A stretch of 64,000 bases of DNA from Actinomycetota bacterium (GTDB lineage Bacteria > Actinomycetota > Acidimicrobiia > Acidimicrobiales > Poriferisodalaceae), in NCBI GenBank assembly GCA_036163555.1, contig JAYZKK010000043.1, positions 877 through 64,876 on the forward strand, in the 5' to 3' direction. Made by a program: the position numbers and the translations under genes. This document shows, in pieces, positions 29,484 to 39,768 of this stretch. How positions within the stretch are numbered: the first letter of the stretch is position 1; the number at the start of each line of letters is the position of its first letter. The notes beneath the pieces are model-generated. The model was not told the DNA's origin. It made no database searches and saw only the letters and a list, made by a program, of their open reading frames with translations.

Positions 29484-31619
29484 TTACCCTCTCAGCAGGT
29501 TCTCCGCGTCATCATCGCGACGCTCCACAAACCACCGGATCTCATCTTCGAACAAAAGGTGATGTTCAAGTGAGCCTCTCTCATCTACCAGCTCTGCAGC
29601 CAAGTCCCGAGCGCGTTCGACCCACACCCGATCCCGGGCCAGTGAGGCCAGTTTAAGGTCGTTTCTACCCGATTGTCTTTGCTCGAATATGGTGCCTTCG
29701 CCTCGAAGTTCGAGGTCACGCTCAGCCAGGGCAAACCCATCATTCGACTCTTCGAGAGCAGTTAGACGTTCTGTCGCGTCTTCGGAAATCTCTTCCGTCG
29801 CAACCAAGAAACAGGTTGACTGATGGCTGCCTCTCCCCACTCGCCCTCGAAGCTGGTGAAGCTGCGCTATCCCAAAACGGTCTGCTGACAAGATGACCAT
29901 GGTCGTCGCATTCGGAACATCAACGCCGACCTCGATGACAGTCGTAGCAACCAAAACATCAAGGCGGCCTTCCCGAAACGCCTCCATTGTTTGATGTTTT
30001 TCAACAGCATCCAGACGGCCATGTAAAAGCCCAACGTTCAGATCTGAGAGCACCCCAGTGATGAGCTCTTGTCGGGTGTTCTCAGCCGAGCTCGCGTCCA
30101 ATTTGTCGCTCTCTTCGATCAACGGACATACGACATAGGCCTGACGGCCTTGCCTAACCTCGGAATGAATGTGGTCCCACACTTGTTCAACGTCTTGAGA
30201 TACCCAGGAGGTCACGATTGGGGATCTGCCTGGTGGCAATTCATTCAAGGTCGATACATCTAGGTCTCCATAAACGGTCATCGCCGCCGTGCGAGGTATA
30301 GGGGTAGCGGTCATAACCAATAAGTGAGGCCATCTACCATCATCACGACCCCGTTCTCTCAGAACTGACCTCTGTTCGACGCCAAAGCGATGTTGTTCGT
30401 CGACGACGACAACACTCAACGACGAAAAGCTAATTCCCTCTTGAATCAGAGCGTGTGTGCCGATGACCAGATCAACGGATCCATCTTCCATTCCTTTGAC
30501 GACGCTCCGACGGTCACTTCCAGTCACTCCGTTCGTCAACAACTTTATTGATAGTGGCCTTATGCCGGTCAGCGTCGTTGGGTCTTCTACCTCTAGGCCC
30601 TTGGCGAGCTCATAAAGGTTTATGTAGTGCTGTTCCGCTAGCACCTCTGTCGGGGCCATCAGAGCACCTTGGTGTCCTTCAGCAACCGCTGTCAACAGGG
30701 CGTGCATGGCTACCAAAGTCTTGCCCGCCCCAACATCTCCTTGAAGCAGGCGATGCATGGGTTGATCAGAATTTAAGTCTGAGCTTATTTCCGCCATTGT
30801 CCTTTGTTGTGCCGCAGTAAGAGCGAATGGTAAGCCGTCGACAAACTTGCTCAGTAACGGGTCGTCCAGTTTGTGTTTCACACTTGAAGCACGATCAAGA
30901 CGTCTCATCTTGCGCATACGTAGAACTAGCTGGACTCTCAACAGTTCGTCGAGGACCAAACGGTCTCTCGCATTCAAAACATCTGACATTGACGTCGGTT
31001 GATGAATCGCCTCGAACGCATGCATCCGGTCGAGTAAGCCCAGTTCCTGCAAATACTTTGGGGGTAGAGGATCCACAATGCTTCTACCTTGGCAACGACG
31101 CAAGGCCTCAGTAGACCAACGTCCTATATCCCAAGTGGTAAGACCCGCTTTACCTGATTGCGGATATATCGCCACGATTCTTCCCGTACGGTCTCCAACC
31201 AAGTCGACCAAGGGGTTGGTCATTTGAAGATGACCGCGATAAAGATCGACCTTGCCGAACAACGCAACCGTTAGCCCCTGATCGAGTTGCTTTGAGCGCC
31301 ATGCCTGATTGAAGAAAACCAGTTTTAAGGTCCCGGTCTCATCAGAAAGAGACGCCTCGACAATGGCCTTCCTATTTCGAGTCCTCCGCGACGTGACGCT
31401 TTCAATATCTCCCACGACCATGACTTGTTGGCCGGGACGCACATCAACAAGCTTGGCTTCATGACTTCGATCGATGTAGCGACGTGGATAATGAGTCAGC
31501 AAGTCGAAAACCGAGTGAATCTGAACTTCTTCCAACGAGGCTCGTCGTTGCTCACCAACTCCTTGCAATCGGTCGACGCTTATAGCGTCGAGTTCGCGAA
31601 GAGAAATCGGTTCCGTCAT
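29484..31619 (-). CDS. recG: ATP-dependent DNA helicase RecG
   Basis: HRLLQGDVGAGKT, DEQHRFG, MTATPIPRT, QLHQLRGRVGRG, DLELRGEG. Confidence 0.98.
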   Translation of the reverse strand: MTEPISLRELDAISVDRLQGVGEQRRASLEEVQIHSVFDLLTHYPRRYIDRSHEAKLVDVRPGQQVMVVGDIESVTSRRTRNRKAIVEASLSDETGTLKLVFFNQAWRSKQLDQGLTVALFGKVDLYRGHLQMTNPLVDLVGDRTGRIVAIYPQSGKAGLTTWDIGRWSTEALRRCQGRSIVDPLPPKYLQELGLLDRMHAFEAIHQPTSMSDVLNARDRLVLDELLRVQLVLRMRKMRRLDRASSVKHKLDDPLLSKFVDGLPFALTAAQQRTMAEISSDLNSDQPMHRLLQGDVGAGKTLVAMHALLTAVAEGHQGALMAPTEVLAEQHYINLYELAKGLEVEDPTTLTGIRPLSIKLLTNGVTGSDRRSVVKGMEDGSVDLVIGTHALIQEGISFSSLSVVVVDEQHRFGVEQRSVLRERGRDDGRWPHLLVMTATPIPRTAAMTVYGDLDVSTLNELPPGRSPIVTSWVSQDVEQVWDHIHSEVRQGRQAYVVCPLIEESDKLDASSAENTRQELITGVLSDLNVGLLHGRLDAVEKHQTMEAFREGRLDVLVATTVIEVGVDVPNATTMVILSADRFGIAQLHQLRGRVGRGSHQSTCFLVATEEISEDATERLTALEESNDGFALAERDLELRGEGTIFEQRQSGRNDLKLASLARDRVWVERARDLAAELVDERGSLEHHLLFEDEIRWFVERRDDDAENLLRG

Positions 31620-33256
31620 TCGACCCCGAAGAAGAACGGGTAGTGACTTTGCCCGCCGTTGTGAATCTCGCTTTCAACGGTCGGTCTATTCTCCGTCACC
31701 CACTCTGTAATTGCCCGAGTGTCAGCATCACTTGCACCTTCACCAACAATTAGCGACAGAATTTCACTCTCTTCACCAATGAGTTGGTTTAACAGATTCG
31801 TAGCAGCTTCAACCAGAGTGGTGCCGATTGCACACACACCATTCCGGTCAAGGCCTATCCAATCACCCTCTCGGACCTCTCCCACTGGTGTGCTACTTGA
31901 TCGGACTGCCTGAGTCACCTCACCTACATCAACTCCTGAAGCGACCTCTAGCATCGCGTCTGCGTTTTCGGTCGCGGTAGTCTGGGGGTCATAGCCCAGC
32001 AGTGAAGCGAAACCTTCAGGCACTGACGTGGTTGGAACTACCACAACAGTTTTCGCCGTTTCGTCGTCGACGGTTTGAGCAACAGCCACAATGTTCGAGT
32101 TATTCGGCAAGATCACTATCTGCTCTGCTGGGGCACGCTCTACCGCCTCCAGGAGTTCCGCTGTGGAAGGATTCATGCTTTGGCCGCCCAATACGAGTTC
32201 CTGAACTCCCAGACTGTGGAAGATTCGTCCGATTCCAGGGGCCGGGGAAACAGCAACTACGGCACAAGGAACCTCTTGCGGCACCGCTAAATCATCTGTT
32301 TTCCCACTTTCAGCAGCTTCGCGAACCCACCGTTCCTCCATCACTTCCTCAGCTAGGTCGGTCACCCTGATGCGCTGCGGTCGACCAACCTCAATACCGG
32401 CCTCTATGGCCGGGCCGATGGCATCTGTATGGATATGACAATTCCAAAGTCCGTCACCCCCAACAACGACAATTGAGTCACCAAGACCCGCCCACACGTT
32501 CTTGAATCCCTCAATGGCCTCATCTGGGGCATTCAGTAGGTACATAACTTCATACCGAAGTTCAGAGATTCCCTCCTGTTGCTTCACGCCAACTATTGCA
32601 CTCCCCATCTCTGTTGAGTTCTCCGCCACCGGAAGATCACGGCCATCCAACACGTGCAAAATTGCGTGCAACAAGAGAAGAAAACCTGCCCCTCCCGCAT
32701 CTACCACCCCTGCCTCGCGCAGCACAATGAGCTGCTCCGGAGTTCGTTCTAAAGCAGCTTCACCTTCTGTTAGAGCATCTTCCACCACCTGCAATATGGC
32801 ACTAGTTTCTGCCGCAACTCGAGCTGCTCCAGCAACTTCACGCACCACAGTCAAGATGGTCCCCTCAACTGGTTTCATAACAGCGCCATCAGCGGCAACG
32901 CTTGCTTCGGTTAACGCACTAGCTAAAACCTCACCGTCTATTTCGTCTGCCTGAGCAAAACAACCACTCATCCCCCGCAACACCTGCGACAAGATCACAC
33001 CCGAATTGCCGCGTGCCCCCATCAGAGAACCATGAGATAAAGCAGCGCACACAGCTTCCCGGTCATCGAAATCGACTGCTTCCATCTCCTCTAGGACCGA
33101 TCCCACAGTCAGGAACATATTGGTGCCTGTGTCTCCATCAGGAACTGGGTATACGTTGAGTCGATTTATGGACTCTTTGTGAGCTTCTAAAGCATCGTGA
33201 AATGCCGATACGACTTCCACGATCTGTTTTGTGGCCAAGAAAGAGACTGTTTCCAC
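31616..33256 (-). CDS. DAK2-domain protein (YloV/FakA-like)
   Basis: INRLNVYPVPDGDTGTNM, GARGNSGVILSQ, PVEGTILTV, GVVDAGG, GGQSMNPS. Confidence 0.93.
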   Translation of the reverse strand: METVSFLATKQIVEVVSAFHDALEAHKESINRLNVYPVPDGDTGTNMFLTVGSVLEEMEAVDFDDREAVCAALSHGSLMGARGNSGVILSQVLRGMSGCFAQADEIDGEVLASALTEASVAADGAVMKPVEGTILTVVREVAGAARVAAETSAILQVVEDALTEGEAALERTPEQLIVLREAGVVDAGGAGFLLLLHAILHVLDGRDLPVAENSTEMGSAIVGVKQQEGISELRYEVMYLLNAPDEAIEGFKNVWAGLGDSIVVVGGDGLWNCHIHTDAIGPAIEAGIEVGRPQRIRVTDLAEEVMEERWVREAAESGKTDDLAVPQEVPCAVVAVSPAPGIGRIFHSLGVQELVLGGQSMNPSTAELLEAVERAPAEQIVILPNNSNIVAVAQTVDDETAKTVVVVPTTSVPEGFASLLGYDPQTTATENADAMLEVASGVDVGEVTQAVRSSSTPVGEVREGDWIGLDRNGVCAIGTTLVEAATNLLNQLIGEESEILSLIVGEGASDADTRAITEWVTENRPTVESEIHNGGQSHYPFFFGVE

Positions 33257-33438
33257 AGAAGCCGATCCTACCGGTGACAGGCACTACCACTAGGTGACCA
33301 AACCTAAAGCCGATGCTCCCCCCAACCCGGTCATTCACTTGCTAAGTTGTGCCCGCTTCACTAACCGACATAGGGTCGCCACAGAAGCTTGTGCCAAATA
33401 ACGAACTTCGAGTTCAGGAGTAATACCGGAGGCCAGCA

Positions 33439-33684
33439 GTGCAAGGTGTCGTAAAATCATATGACCCTCAGTCCAAGACGGGCGTACTCGTTGACGACGT
33501 TGACCGCACTGAGTACGACTTGGCCTTAGATGCGCTCGAAGCCTCAATTTTTCGAATGGTGCGACAGGGGCAAAGGGTCGTCTTCGACCTGAATGAACAA
33601 GGACTAGCTACTCGGCTTCGACTGGGCAGTGAAGTTGACCTTGGTACACCTGATTGGATCACTGCCGCGGGGGGCGACGCGTGA
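33439..33684 (+). CDS. actinobacterial cold-shock-like OB-fold protein
   Basis: MQGVVKSYDP..TGVL..FRMVRQGQRVVFDL; GGAGG SD. Confidence 0.7.
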   Translation: MQGVVKSYDPQSKTGVLVDDVDRTEYDLALDALEASIFRMVRQGQRVVFDLNEQGLATRLRLGSEVDLGTPDWITAAGGDA

Positions 33685-33737
33685 CCAGGAACTGGGGATC
33701 GACCCCAGTTGACGTCTGATACCCAACGGAGGTCAGA

Positions 33738-35528
33738 ATGCCTGGAACGACCACCAACCAAAACCTTCTCGAATGGGTTGATAAGTGGGCAGAAGTGCTC
33801 GCTCCCGATTCGGTCTACTGGTGTGATGGCAGCCAAGAAGAATACGACCAATTTGCGGCCTCGATGGTCGAACAAGGGACACTGATCCCGCTAAACGATG
33901 CAAAGCGACCGAACAGTTTCTTAGCTCGCTCCGACCCAGGTGACGTCGCTCGGGTTGAGGACAGAACTTTCATCTGCACCGATGATCCGGAAGATGCCGG
34001 AGCCAACAACAATTGGCGGGAACCAGAGTTAATGCGCGGTGAGATGTTGGATTTATTCCAAGGCTCGATGCGCGGACGAACCATGTTCGTCGTCCCATTT
34101 TCTATGGGCCCGCTGGGTTCTCCCATCGCACACATCGGTGTGCAACTCACTGATTCACCCTATGTCGCGGCATCAATGCGAATCATGACTCGCATGGGTC
34201 AGGGCGCATTGGATGCTTTGGGTGACGACGCTTGGGTGCCTTGTATCCACTCTCTCGGCGCTCCTTTACTTGCAGGCGAACTCGACGTTCCGTGGCCTTG
34301 CGATGCAGAAAACAAGTACATCGTGCATTTCCCTTCCACCAGAGAAATTTGGTCCTACGGTTCGGGCTACGGGGGGAACGCCCTTCTAGGCAAGAAATGC
34401 TTTGCTCTTCGCATAGCGTCGACAATGGCGCGGGACGAAGGTTGGCTTGCCGAGCACATGTTGATTGTGGGAGTCACGCCGCCCGGCGGCGAAACCAAAT
34501 ATGTCGCGGCAGCTTTTCCTTCAGCTTGTGGCAAGACCAACATGGCAATGATGATTCCGTCACTTCCAGGGTGGAAGGTCGAAACAATTGGAGACGACAT
34601 CGCCTGGATGAAGTTTGGGTCAGATGGACAGTTGTACGCCATCAATCCCGAAGCTGGTTTCTTCGGAGTGGCGCCAGGGACCGGCGAGGAGACCAACCCC
34701 AACGCTTTGGCGACCCTGTCTGGCAACTGTGTGTTTACCAACGTCGCGGAAACCGACGACGGTGATATCTGGTGGGAAGGCCTCAGTGACGAAGCTCCGG
34801 CCCGGTTGATTGACTGGAAAGGTCAGACTTGGACGCCAGAATCAGAACATCCTGCCGCTCATCCCAATGCCCGGTTCACAGTGCCGGCATCTCAATGCCC
34901 TTCAATCGCACCTTCTTGGGAGGACCCAGCAGGGGTACCGATTTCAGCAATACTTTTTGGCGGAAGACGAGCAACCACAGTTCCCTTAGTGTCAGAGGCA
35001 CTTAGTTGGGAACACGGAGTATTTCTCGGATCAGTCATGTCATCTGAGAAGACCGCCGCCGCCGCGGGAACCGTCGGTCAAGTACGCCGAGACCCATTCG
35101 CGATGCTTCCATTCTGTGGCTACAACTTTGGTGATTACTTCCAACACTGGTTAGACATCGGAAATCAGTCGGGCGCCAATCTTCCGAAGCTTTTTTACGT
35201 GAATTGGTTCCGAAAAGACGAAGAGGGTCAATTTATTTGGCCCGGTTTCGGTGAGAACGCAAGAGTTCTAAAGTGGGTTTTGGAACGGATCGCCGGGTCA
35301 GCCGATGCAATTGAGACCCCAATCGGAATGGTACCTAGAACCGAAGATCTAGATGTCTCGGGGTTAGAGCTTGGAACCGAAGCGCTTGAAGCTTTGCTGG
35401 CAGTAGATCAAGACGAGTGGCGGAACGAATTATCGCTCATCGAAGAACACTACGAAACGATCGGTGACAGACTTCCCAGCGAGATGAGAGTCCAACTGGA
35501 ACGACTAGCTGACCGTTTAGCGACCTGA
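33738..35528 (+). CDS. pckG: phosphoenolpyruvate carboxykinase (GTP)
   Basis: [59 protein letters not shown]. Confidence 0.98.
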   Translation: MPGTTTNQNLLEWVDKWAEVLAPDSVYWCDGSQEEYDQFAASMVEQGTLIPLNDAKRPNSFLARSDPGDVARVEDRTFICTDDPEDAGANNNWREPELMRGEMLDLFQGSMRGRTMFVVPFSMGPLGSPIAHIGVQLTDSPYVAASMRIMTRMGQGALDALGDDAWVPCIHSLGAPLLAGELDVPWPCDAENKYIVHFPSTREIWSYGSGYGGNALLGKKCFALRIASTMARDEGWLAEHMLIVGVTPPGGETKYVAAAFPSACGKTNMAMMIPSLPGWKVETIGDDIAWMKFGSDGQLYAINPEAGFFGVAPGTGEETNPNALATLSGNCVFTNVAETDDGDIWWEGLSDEAPARLIDWKGQTWTPESEHPAAHPNARFTVPASQCPSIAPSWEDPAGVPISAILFGGRRATTVPLVSEALSWEHGVFLGSVMSSEKTAAAAGTVGQVRRDPFAMLPFCGYNFGDYFQHWLDIGNQSGANLPKLFYVNWFRKDEEGQFIWPGFGENARVLKWVLERIAGSADAIETPIGMVPRTEDLDVSGLELGTEALEALLAVDQDEWRNELSLIEEHYETIGDRLPSEMRVQLERLADRLAT

Positions 35529-35557
35529 TACCGCATCGTTAGTTAACGAGAGCCTTC

Positions 35558-35914
35558 CTACAAAAGTAGCAACGCCCGAATACCGAGGCCCATTATAAAT
35601 AACCCTCCCCAACCGTACAGGGCATGCAAATGCCGGCTCAGTTGGTGTCTGTAGCTGTAAAGAACTGCCACGGTGACTGCAGAGAGAACTCCGTAAAACA
35701 CATGGAATGAGTCAGCGTTTTCTTCGCCGGCATTGAGGTAGCTAGCGGCCAGAGTTACTTGAACAAAAACCCAGATTTGGACAAAGACAGTCAGTCGCCA
35801 CAGCAATTTAACTTTCAGCTTCGGGAACCGGATAGCTGCCAACGACCACACGCCAGCTGCTCCATTCCCTATCACGAGCACCCAGCATGCAAGCAGGTGA
35901 AGCTTGCCGAGCAT
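35558..35914 (-). CDS. hypothetical membrane protein (about 4 TM segments)
   Basis: Hydrophobic segments, FHVFYG, LFIMGLGIRA; last gene of a minus-strand operon. Confidence 0.75.
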   Translation of the reverse strand: MLGKLHLLACWVLVIGNGAAGVWSLAAIRFPKLKVKLLWRLTVFVQIWVFVQVTLAASYLNAGEENADSFHVFYGVLSAVTVAVLYSYRHQLSRHLHALYGWGGLFIMGLGIRALLLL

Positions 35915-35921
35915 CAGCGTC

Positions 35922-36284
35922 TCAATTCGTTTGGTCCGCTAGCAGGTGCAGAAACATCGTCAAGTTCTGAGCGTCGCTATGACCGTCGATGAGCTTCAAC
36001 TCAGCCGGATTTTTTGCTGATTCATCAGTCATCGAAACGACATCGAGAGCTCTGAGGAGTCCCACAGGCGCGCCTTGATCGACCAAAGTCGCAACATCTC
36101 GGCCTATGTGTCGACCACGAAGTCCACGTTCTTGGATAAGAGAACGGATGATTATGCGAAGAATTGCACACGCGGAAGCGGGTGATAACTCAATTATCGC
36201 TTGTGCTTCGGTATAGAGAGGAACAAGGTTGCTAGGCAGGCCCGATGGAGGCGCCCCAGGTTCGAGTTCACGTTCCGATGTCAG
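35922..36284 (-). CDS. DUF4145/HEPN-like protein with CTG start (not in the ORF track)
   Basis: 120-codon open frame (L/M)[71 protein letters not shown]..; AGGAG 7 nt before the CTG; CTGA overlap with the upstream stop. Confidence 0.72.
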   Translation of the reverse strand: MTSERELEPGAPPSGLPSNLVPLYTEAQAIIELSPASACAILRIIIRSLIQERGLRGRHIGRDVATLVDQGAPVGLLRALDVVSMTDESAKNPAELKLIDGHSDAQNLTMFLHLLADQTN

Positions 36285-37426
36285 GCGACCGCTCCTACAT
36301 CGCGTAGTTTGACAATGTCGTCAGGGTCGTAACCTGCTGACCGCAGCACTTCATCAGTGTGTTGCCCTGGATGAGCCGGTGGTCCTTGAATCGTCTCCTG
36401 TGTCCGGCTGAACCGGGGGGAGGGATTTGGCTGAGTGACGCCCGCCACCTCTGTAAATACCTCACGGTGTCGGTTGTGTGGATGATCCGGCGCTTCAGCC
36501 AATGTCAGTACGGGGGCAAAACAGACATCCGTGGCATCCATTATTTCGCACCATTCGTCTCTCGTCTTCGTCATGAACACTGCGGTTATACGTTCCTTCA
36601 AGTCGGGCCATGAGGTTCTCACCATTTGGGAGGCAAAGTCTTCCTCTTGGTCGAGTCCGGTTAGCCGTAATAGCTCAGAATAAAACTGAGGCTCAATGGA
36701 GCCAATCGATATGTATCGACCATCGGCACATTCATAGACATCGTAGAAATGGCTACCAGTATCGAGCAGGTTCGTTCCGCGTTCATCGTTCCAGACACCT
36801 AAAGCTCTCATGGAATGGAACATGGCCATAAGACTGGCTGCTCCGTCGACCATGGCGGCATCAACTACTTGGCCGTGTCCTGATCGCTGGGCCTCCACTA
36901 CTGCACATACCACCCCAAATGCCAGCAGCATGCCTCCTCCTCCAAAGTCACCCACGAGGTTGAGTGGCGGCACCGGTGCTTCTCCGTGGCGCCCAATCGG
37001 CTCGAGGGCCCCTGCCAACGCTATGTAGTTGATGTCATGTCCGGCGGCCATCGCATACGGGCCTTCTTGACCCCACCCTGTCATGCGTCCAAAGACAAGC
37101 CGGGGATTACGAGCGAGACACTCTTCGGGTCCGAGCCCAAGACGTTCCATAACCCCTGGCCGGAAACCTTCAATAAGGGCATCAGCGGTCTCGATAAGCC
37201 GCAAAACAACCTCTACCCCTTCAGGATTCTTGAGATCAACCCCAATTGACGATCGCCCACGTGCGAGAACATCAACCGGCGGATTATCCAAATCAATACC
37301 TGAGACATTCCCGGCACGGTCGATTCTGATCACCTCGGCGCCCATGTCGCTGAGCATCATCCCGCAAAACGGTCCAGGACCAATGCCTTGAAGTTCTATT
37401 ACGCGGATTCCTTGAAGCGGACCCAT
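36281..37426 (-). CDS. CaiB/BaiF family III CoA-transferase, alpha-methylacyl-CoA racemase-like
   Basis: [53 protein letters not shown] (AMACR-type His/Asp pair). Confidence 0.92.
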   Translation of the reverse strand: MGPLQGIRVIELQGIGPGPFCGMMLSDMGAEVIRIDRAGNVSGIDLDNPPVDVLARGRSSIGVDLKNPEGVEVVLRLIETADALIEGFRPGVMERLGLGPEECLARNPRLVFGRMTGWGQEGPYAMAAGHDINYIALAGALEPIGRHGEAPVPPLNLVGDFGGGGMLLAFGVVCAVVEAQRSGHGQVVDAAMVDGAASLMAMFHSMRALGVWNDERGTNLLDTGSHFYDVYECADGRYISIGSIEPQFYSELLRLTGLDQEEDFASQMVRTSWPDLKERITAVFMTKTRDEWCEIMDATDVCFAPVLTLAEAPDHPHNRHREVFTEVAGVTQPNPSPRFSRTQETIQGPPAHPGQHTDEVLRSAGYDPDDIVKLRDVGAVA

Positions 37427-37496
37427 ACCAATCTCCCTATGTATTTCACAAACAATCTAGTGCTTGGCTACAGCATGTCCTAGATGCCCGGCACTC

Positions 37497-38117
37497 TCAC
37501 CAAAGTTGGTCGAGGTTACGTTGTTCCGAGGTTCTGTCATATTCCAAGGCGTCGAAGTCATCGATAGCTGTCGCCTCCAACATTTGACCTGCGGATGGCA
37601 CATCACCTGGACTCATGTGGTTATCCACGTCCCATAGACCAGAACGAACTAGGGCTTTCGAACATTGGAAGTACGCTCGATCAACTTTTACTTCAACAAC
37701 CGTTTTGGGTGACTTTCCGTCAATGGTGAAAGTCTCAAGCAAGTCTGGCGAAGCTGAGATAGAAGCTCGACCATTGATGCGCATTGTCTCCCCTATTCCG
37801 GGGACTAAAAACAAAAGAGCTATTCGGTTGTCACTAAGGATATTCCGCAACGTGTCCAACCGATTATTCCCTCTTCGATCCGCGAATTGAATGGTGTTCT
37901 CATCGATCACGCGGACCACGTTGCCATTCTCACCCCGTGGAGAACAGTCAAGTCCATCGAATCCGACAGTCGCCACAGCCATAAACGGTGCCGCCTCAAT
38001 AAAGGCCTGATATTCCGCGTTGAGGTGCGATATTTCTTTGCTGATCGACCGTGGCATAGCTGCACCATAGAGAGCGTCAAGCTGCGCTATATCTGTGATC
38101 ACATTTTCTGAAGTCAA
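37497..38117 (-). CDS. pyridoxamine 5'-phosphate oxidase-like FMN-binding protein
   Basis: DCSPRG, DRRGNNRLDTLRNI, LLFLVPG, AYFQCSKALVRSGLW. Confidence 0.88.
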   Translation of the reverse strand: MTSENVITDIAQLDALYGAAMPRSISKEISHLNAEYQAFIEAAPFMAVATVGFDGLDCSPRGENGNVVRVIDENTIQFADRRGNNRLDTLRNILSDNRIALLFLVPGIGETMRINGRASISASPDLLETFTIDGKSPKTVVEVKVDRAYFQCSKALVRSGLWDVDNHMSPGDVPSAGQMLEATAIDDFDALEYDRTSEQRNLDQLW

Positions 38118-39010
38118 TTTGCCCGTTCCACCAATCTCCGGAAGTCAGCTAAATAATGACCCCACAACGGTTCAGGAATATCGTGTCCCATTTGATCATG
38201 AATCACTAATTCTGCGCCGGGAATTAGGGCTGCGGTTGCTTCCCCTCCGTCTAGCTGAACCAGCGGGTCAAGCCGACCGTGGACGACCATTGACGGAGTC
38301 GTGACCATGGGAAGCTGTTCTGCTCGCGAACCAGACGCCATGATCGCCAAGAGTTGCCAAGTCTTCCCCTGAGGGTGGTAGCAGCGGTCATAGGCGGCCT
38401 CTTCAAGGGCGCGAGCCCAACTTTCTTCATACAGTGACCCGCTATGAAGTCGCCGCCCTGCTACAGCGCTATCAACGACATCTTCTCGGTCATTGCCGAC
38501 CGTTACTAGTTGGGCAGCTGACTCAGGAGTTGATTGGCCAACACCAGGTTCTCCAGTCGTCGACATGACCGTAGTCATCGAACGAAGTCGGTCAGCGTGC
38601 TCAATCGCCAACGTTTGAACGATCATCCCACCCATCGACATTCCCCATACATGTGCTCGCTTGACCTCCAGTGCATCAAGAACGGCGACGCAATCGGCCG
38701 CCATGTCAGACAAGTCATAGGCGGCAGTAAAGCCCTCAACTGAACGATCTTTGGACCATCTATCTATTAAGGCTTCCATGTTCGGAGGGTCACCTGAAGT
38801 TTTTGACGACATTCCAACATCACGGTTGTCCATTCGAATCACATAGAAGCCGGCATCACAAAACTTCCTAACCCAGTCGGGCAAAAAATTTATGAGCTGA
38901 CTCCCCAAGCCGTTAACAAATAAGACAGCGGGATCGCCGCTGTCGCCAGAAGCAACAAAATGGAGTTCGGTTTGACCGTTTCGAGCCGTTCCTGCCTTTT
39001 CCTGTGACAT
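38114..39010 (-). CDS. alpha/beta-fold hydrolase
   Basis: DNRDVGMS, GMSMGG nucleophile elbow, HGRLDPLV, MGHD. Confidence 0.9.
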   Translation of the reverse strand: MSQEKAGTARNGQTELHFVASGDSGDPAVLFVNGLGSQLINFLPDWVRKFCDAGFYVIRMDNRDVGMSSKTSGDPPNMEALIDRWSKDRSVEGFTAAYDLSDMAADCVAVLDALEVKRAHVWGMSMGGMIVQTLAIEHADRLRSMTTVMSTTGEPGVGQSTPESAAQLVTVGNDREDVVDSAVAGRRLHSGSLYEESWARALEEAAYDRCYHPQGKTWQLLAIMASGSRAEQLPMVTTPSMVVHGRLDPLVQLDGGEATAALIPGAELVIHDQMGHDIPEPLWGHYLADFRRLVERAN

Positions 39011-39711
39011 CAGAGTCCTCTCCTTTCGAACACTTCAAGTTGTCGGTCTAATCGTTGTATTGCGTCCACCGTTCGTGCTCCCCACCAAAAAAGATCTTGA
39101 CCATCAATCAGAAGAGTCGGCGATATTGCTTCCAAGATATCTAGGTGTCGTTCCCCGAATGGATAGGGCTCGCTAGGCGCGAGGACGACGTCGGGTTCAG
39201 CTGTCGCAAGGGTTTCGTCATCGAGGGTTGGATATGGATCCTCATGTTCGGAAAACACCACATCAACGCCTAGGTGATTCAACAAAGAAACTCCGTAAGT
39301 ACCTGTGGTCACCGTCATCCAAGGTCGCCGCCAAATGGGAACAAACGCTCGTAGACCTCGACTTGCCCGGGGGGCATCAAGAGAATAAGACCATTGAGCC
39401 CCAACCATTGATGCCAGCCTTCCGAGTTCGGTGCCCACATCGGACACAGATCTCACGTGCAAAGACTCGACCTTGAGATTATGACTCGCCAGCTCCTGAT
39501 AGTCCTCCAGTCGATTCTCTTCCTGGTCAAAAACGACGAGGTCAGGAGCAAGGGCCTCAATAGCGACCAAGTCAGGATCCTTTGTCCCGCCTACATTTTC
39601 GATGCTTGGCTGTTCACAAAACCGGGTACAGGCGATGGGCTCAATTCCCCATGAAAGCAACGTTTCGGTCACACTCGGAACCAAACTCACCACTCGGATC
39701 GACGAGATCAT
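39010..39711 (-). CDS. helical-backbone metal receptor (BtuF-like) without a signal peptide
   Basis: RVVSLVPSVTETL, TRFC, VGGTKDPD, EENR, PSEPYPF, DGQDLFWWG. Confidence 0.82.
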   Translation of the reverse strand: MISSIRVVSLVPSVTETLLSWGIEPIACTRFCEQPSIENVGGTKDPDLVAIEALAPDLVVFDQEENRLEDYQELASHNLKVESLHVRSVSDVGTELGRLASMVGAQWSYSLDAPRASRGLRAFVPIWRRPWMTVTTGTYGVSLLNHLGVDVVFSEHEDPYPTLDDETLATAEPDVVLAPSEPYPFGERHLDILEAISPTLLIDGQDLFWWGARTVDAIQRLDRQLEVFERRGL

Positions 39712-39768
39712 GATCCGAGAGTAGACCCAACGGCGCCACCGTCCTACCTAGGCAGTAGCGTCACTAAG

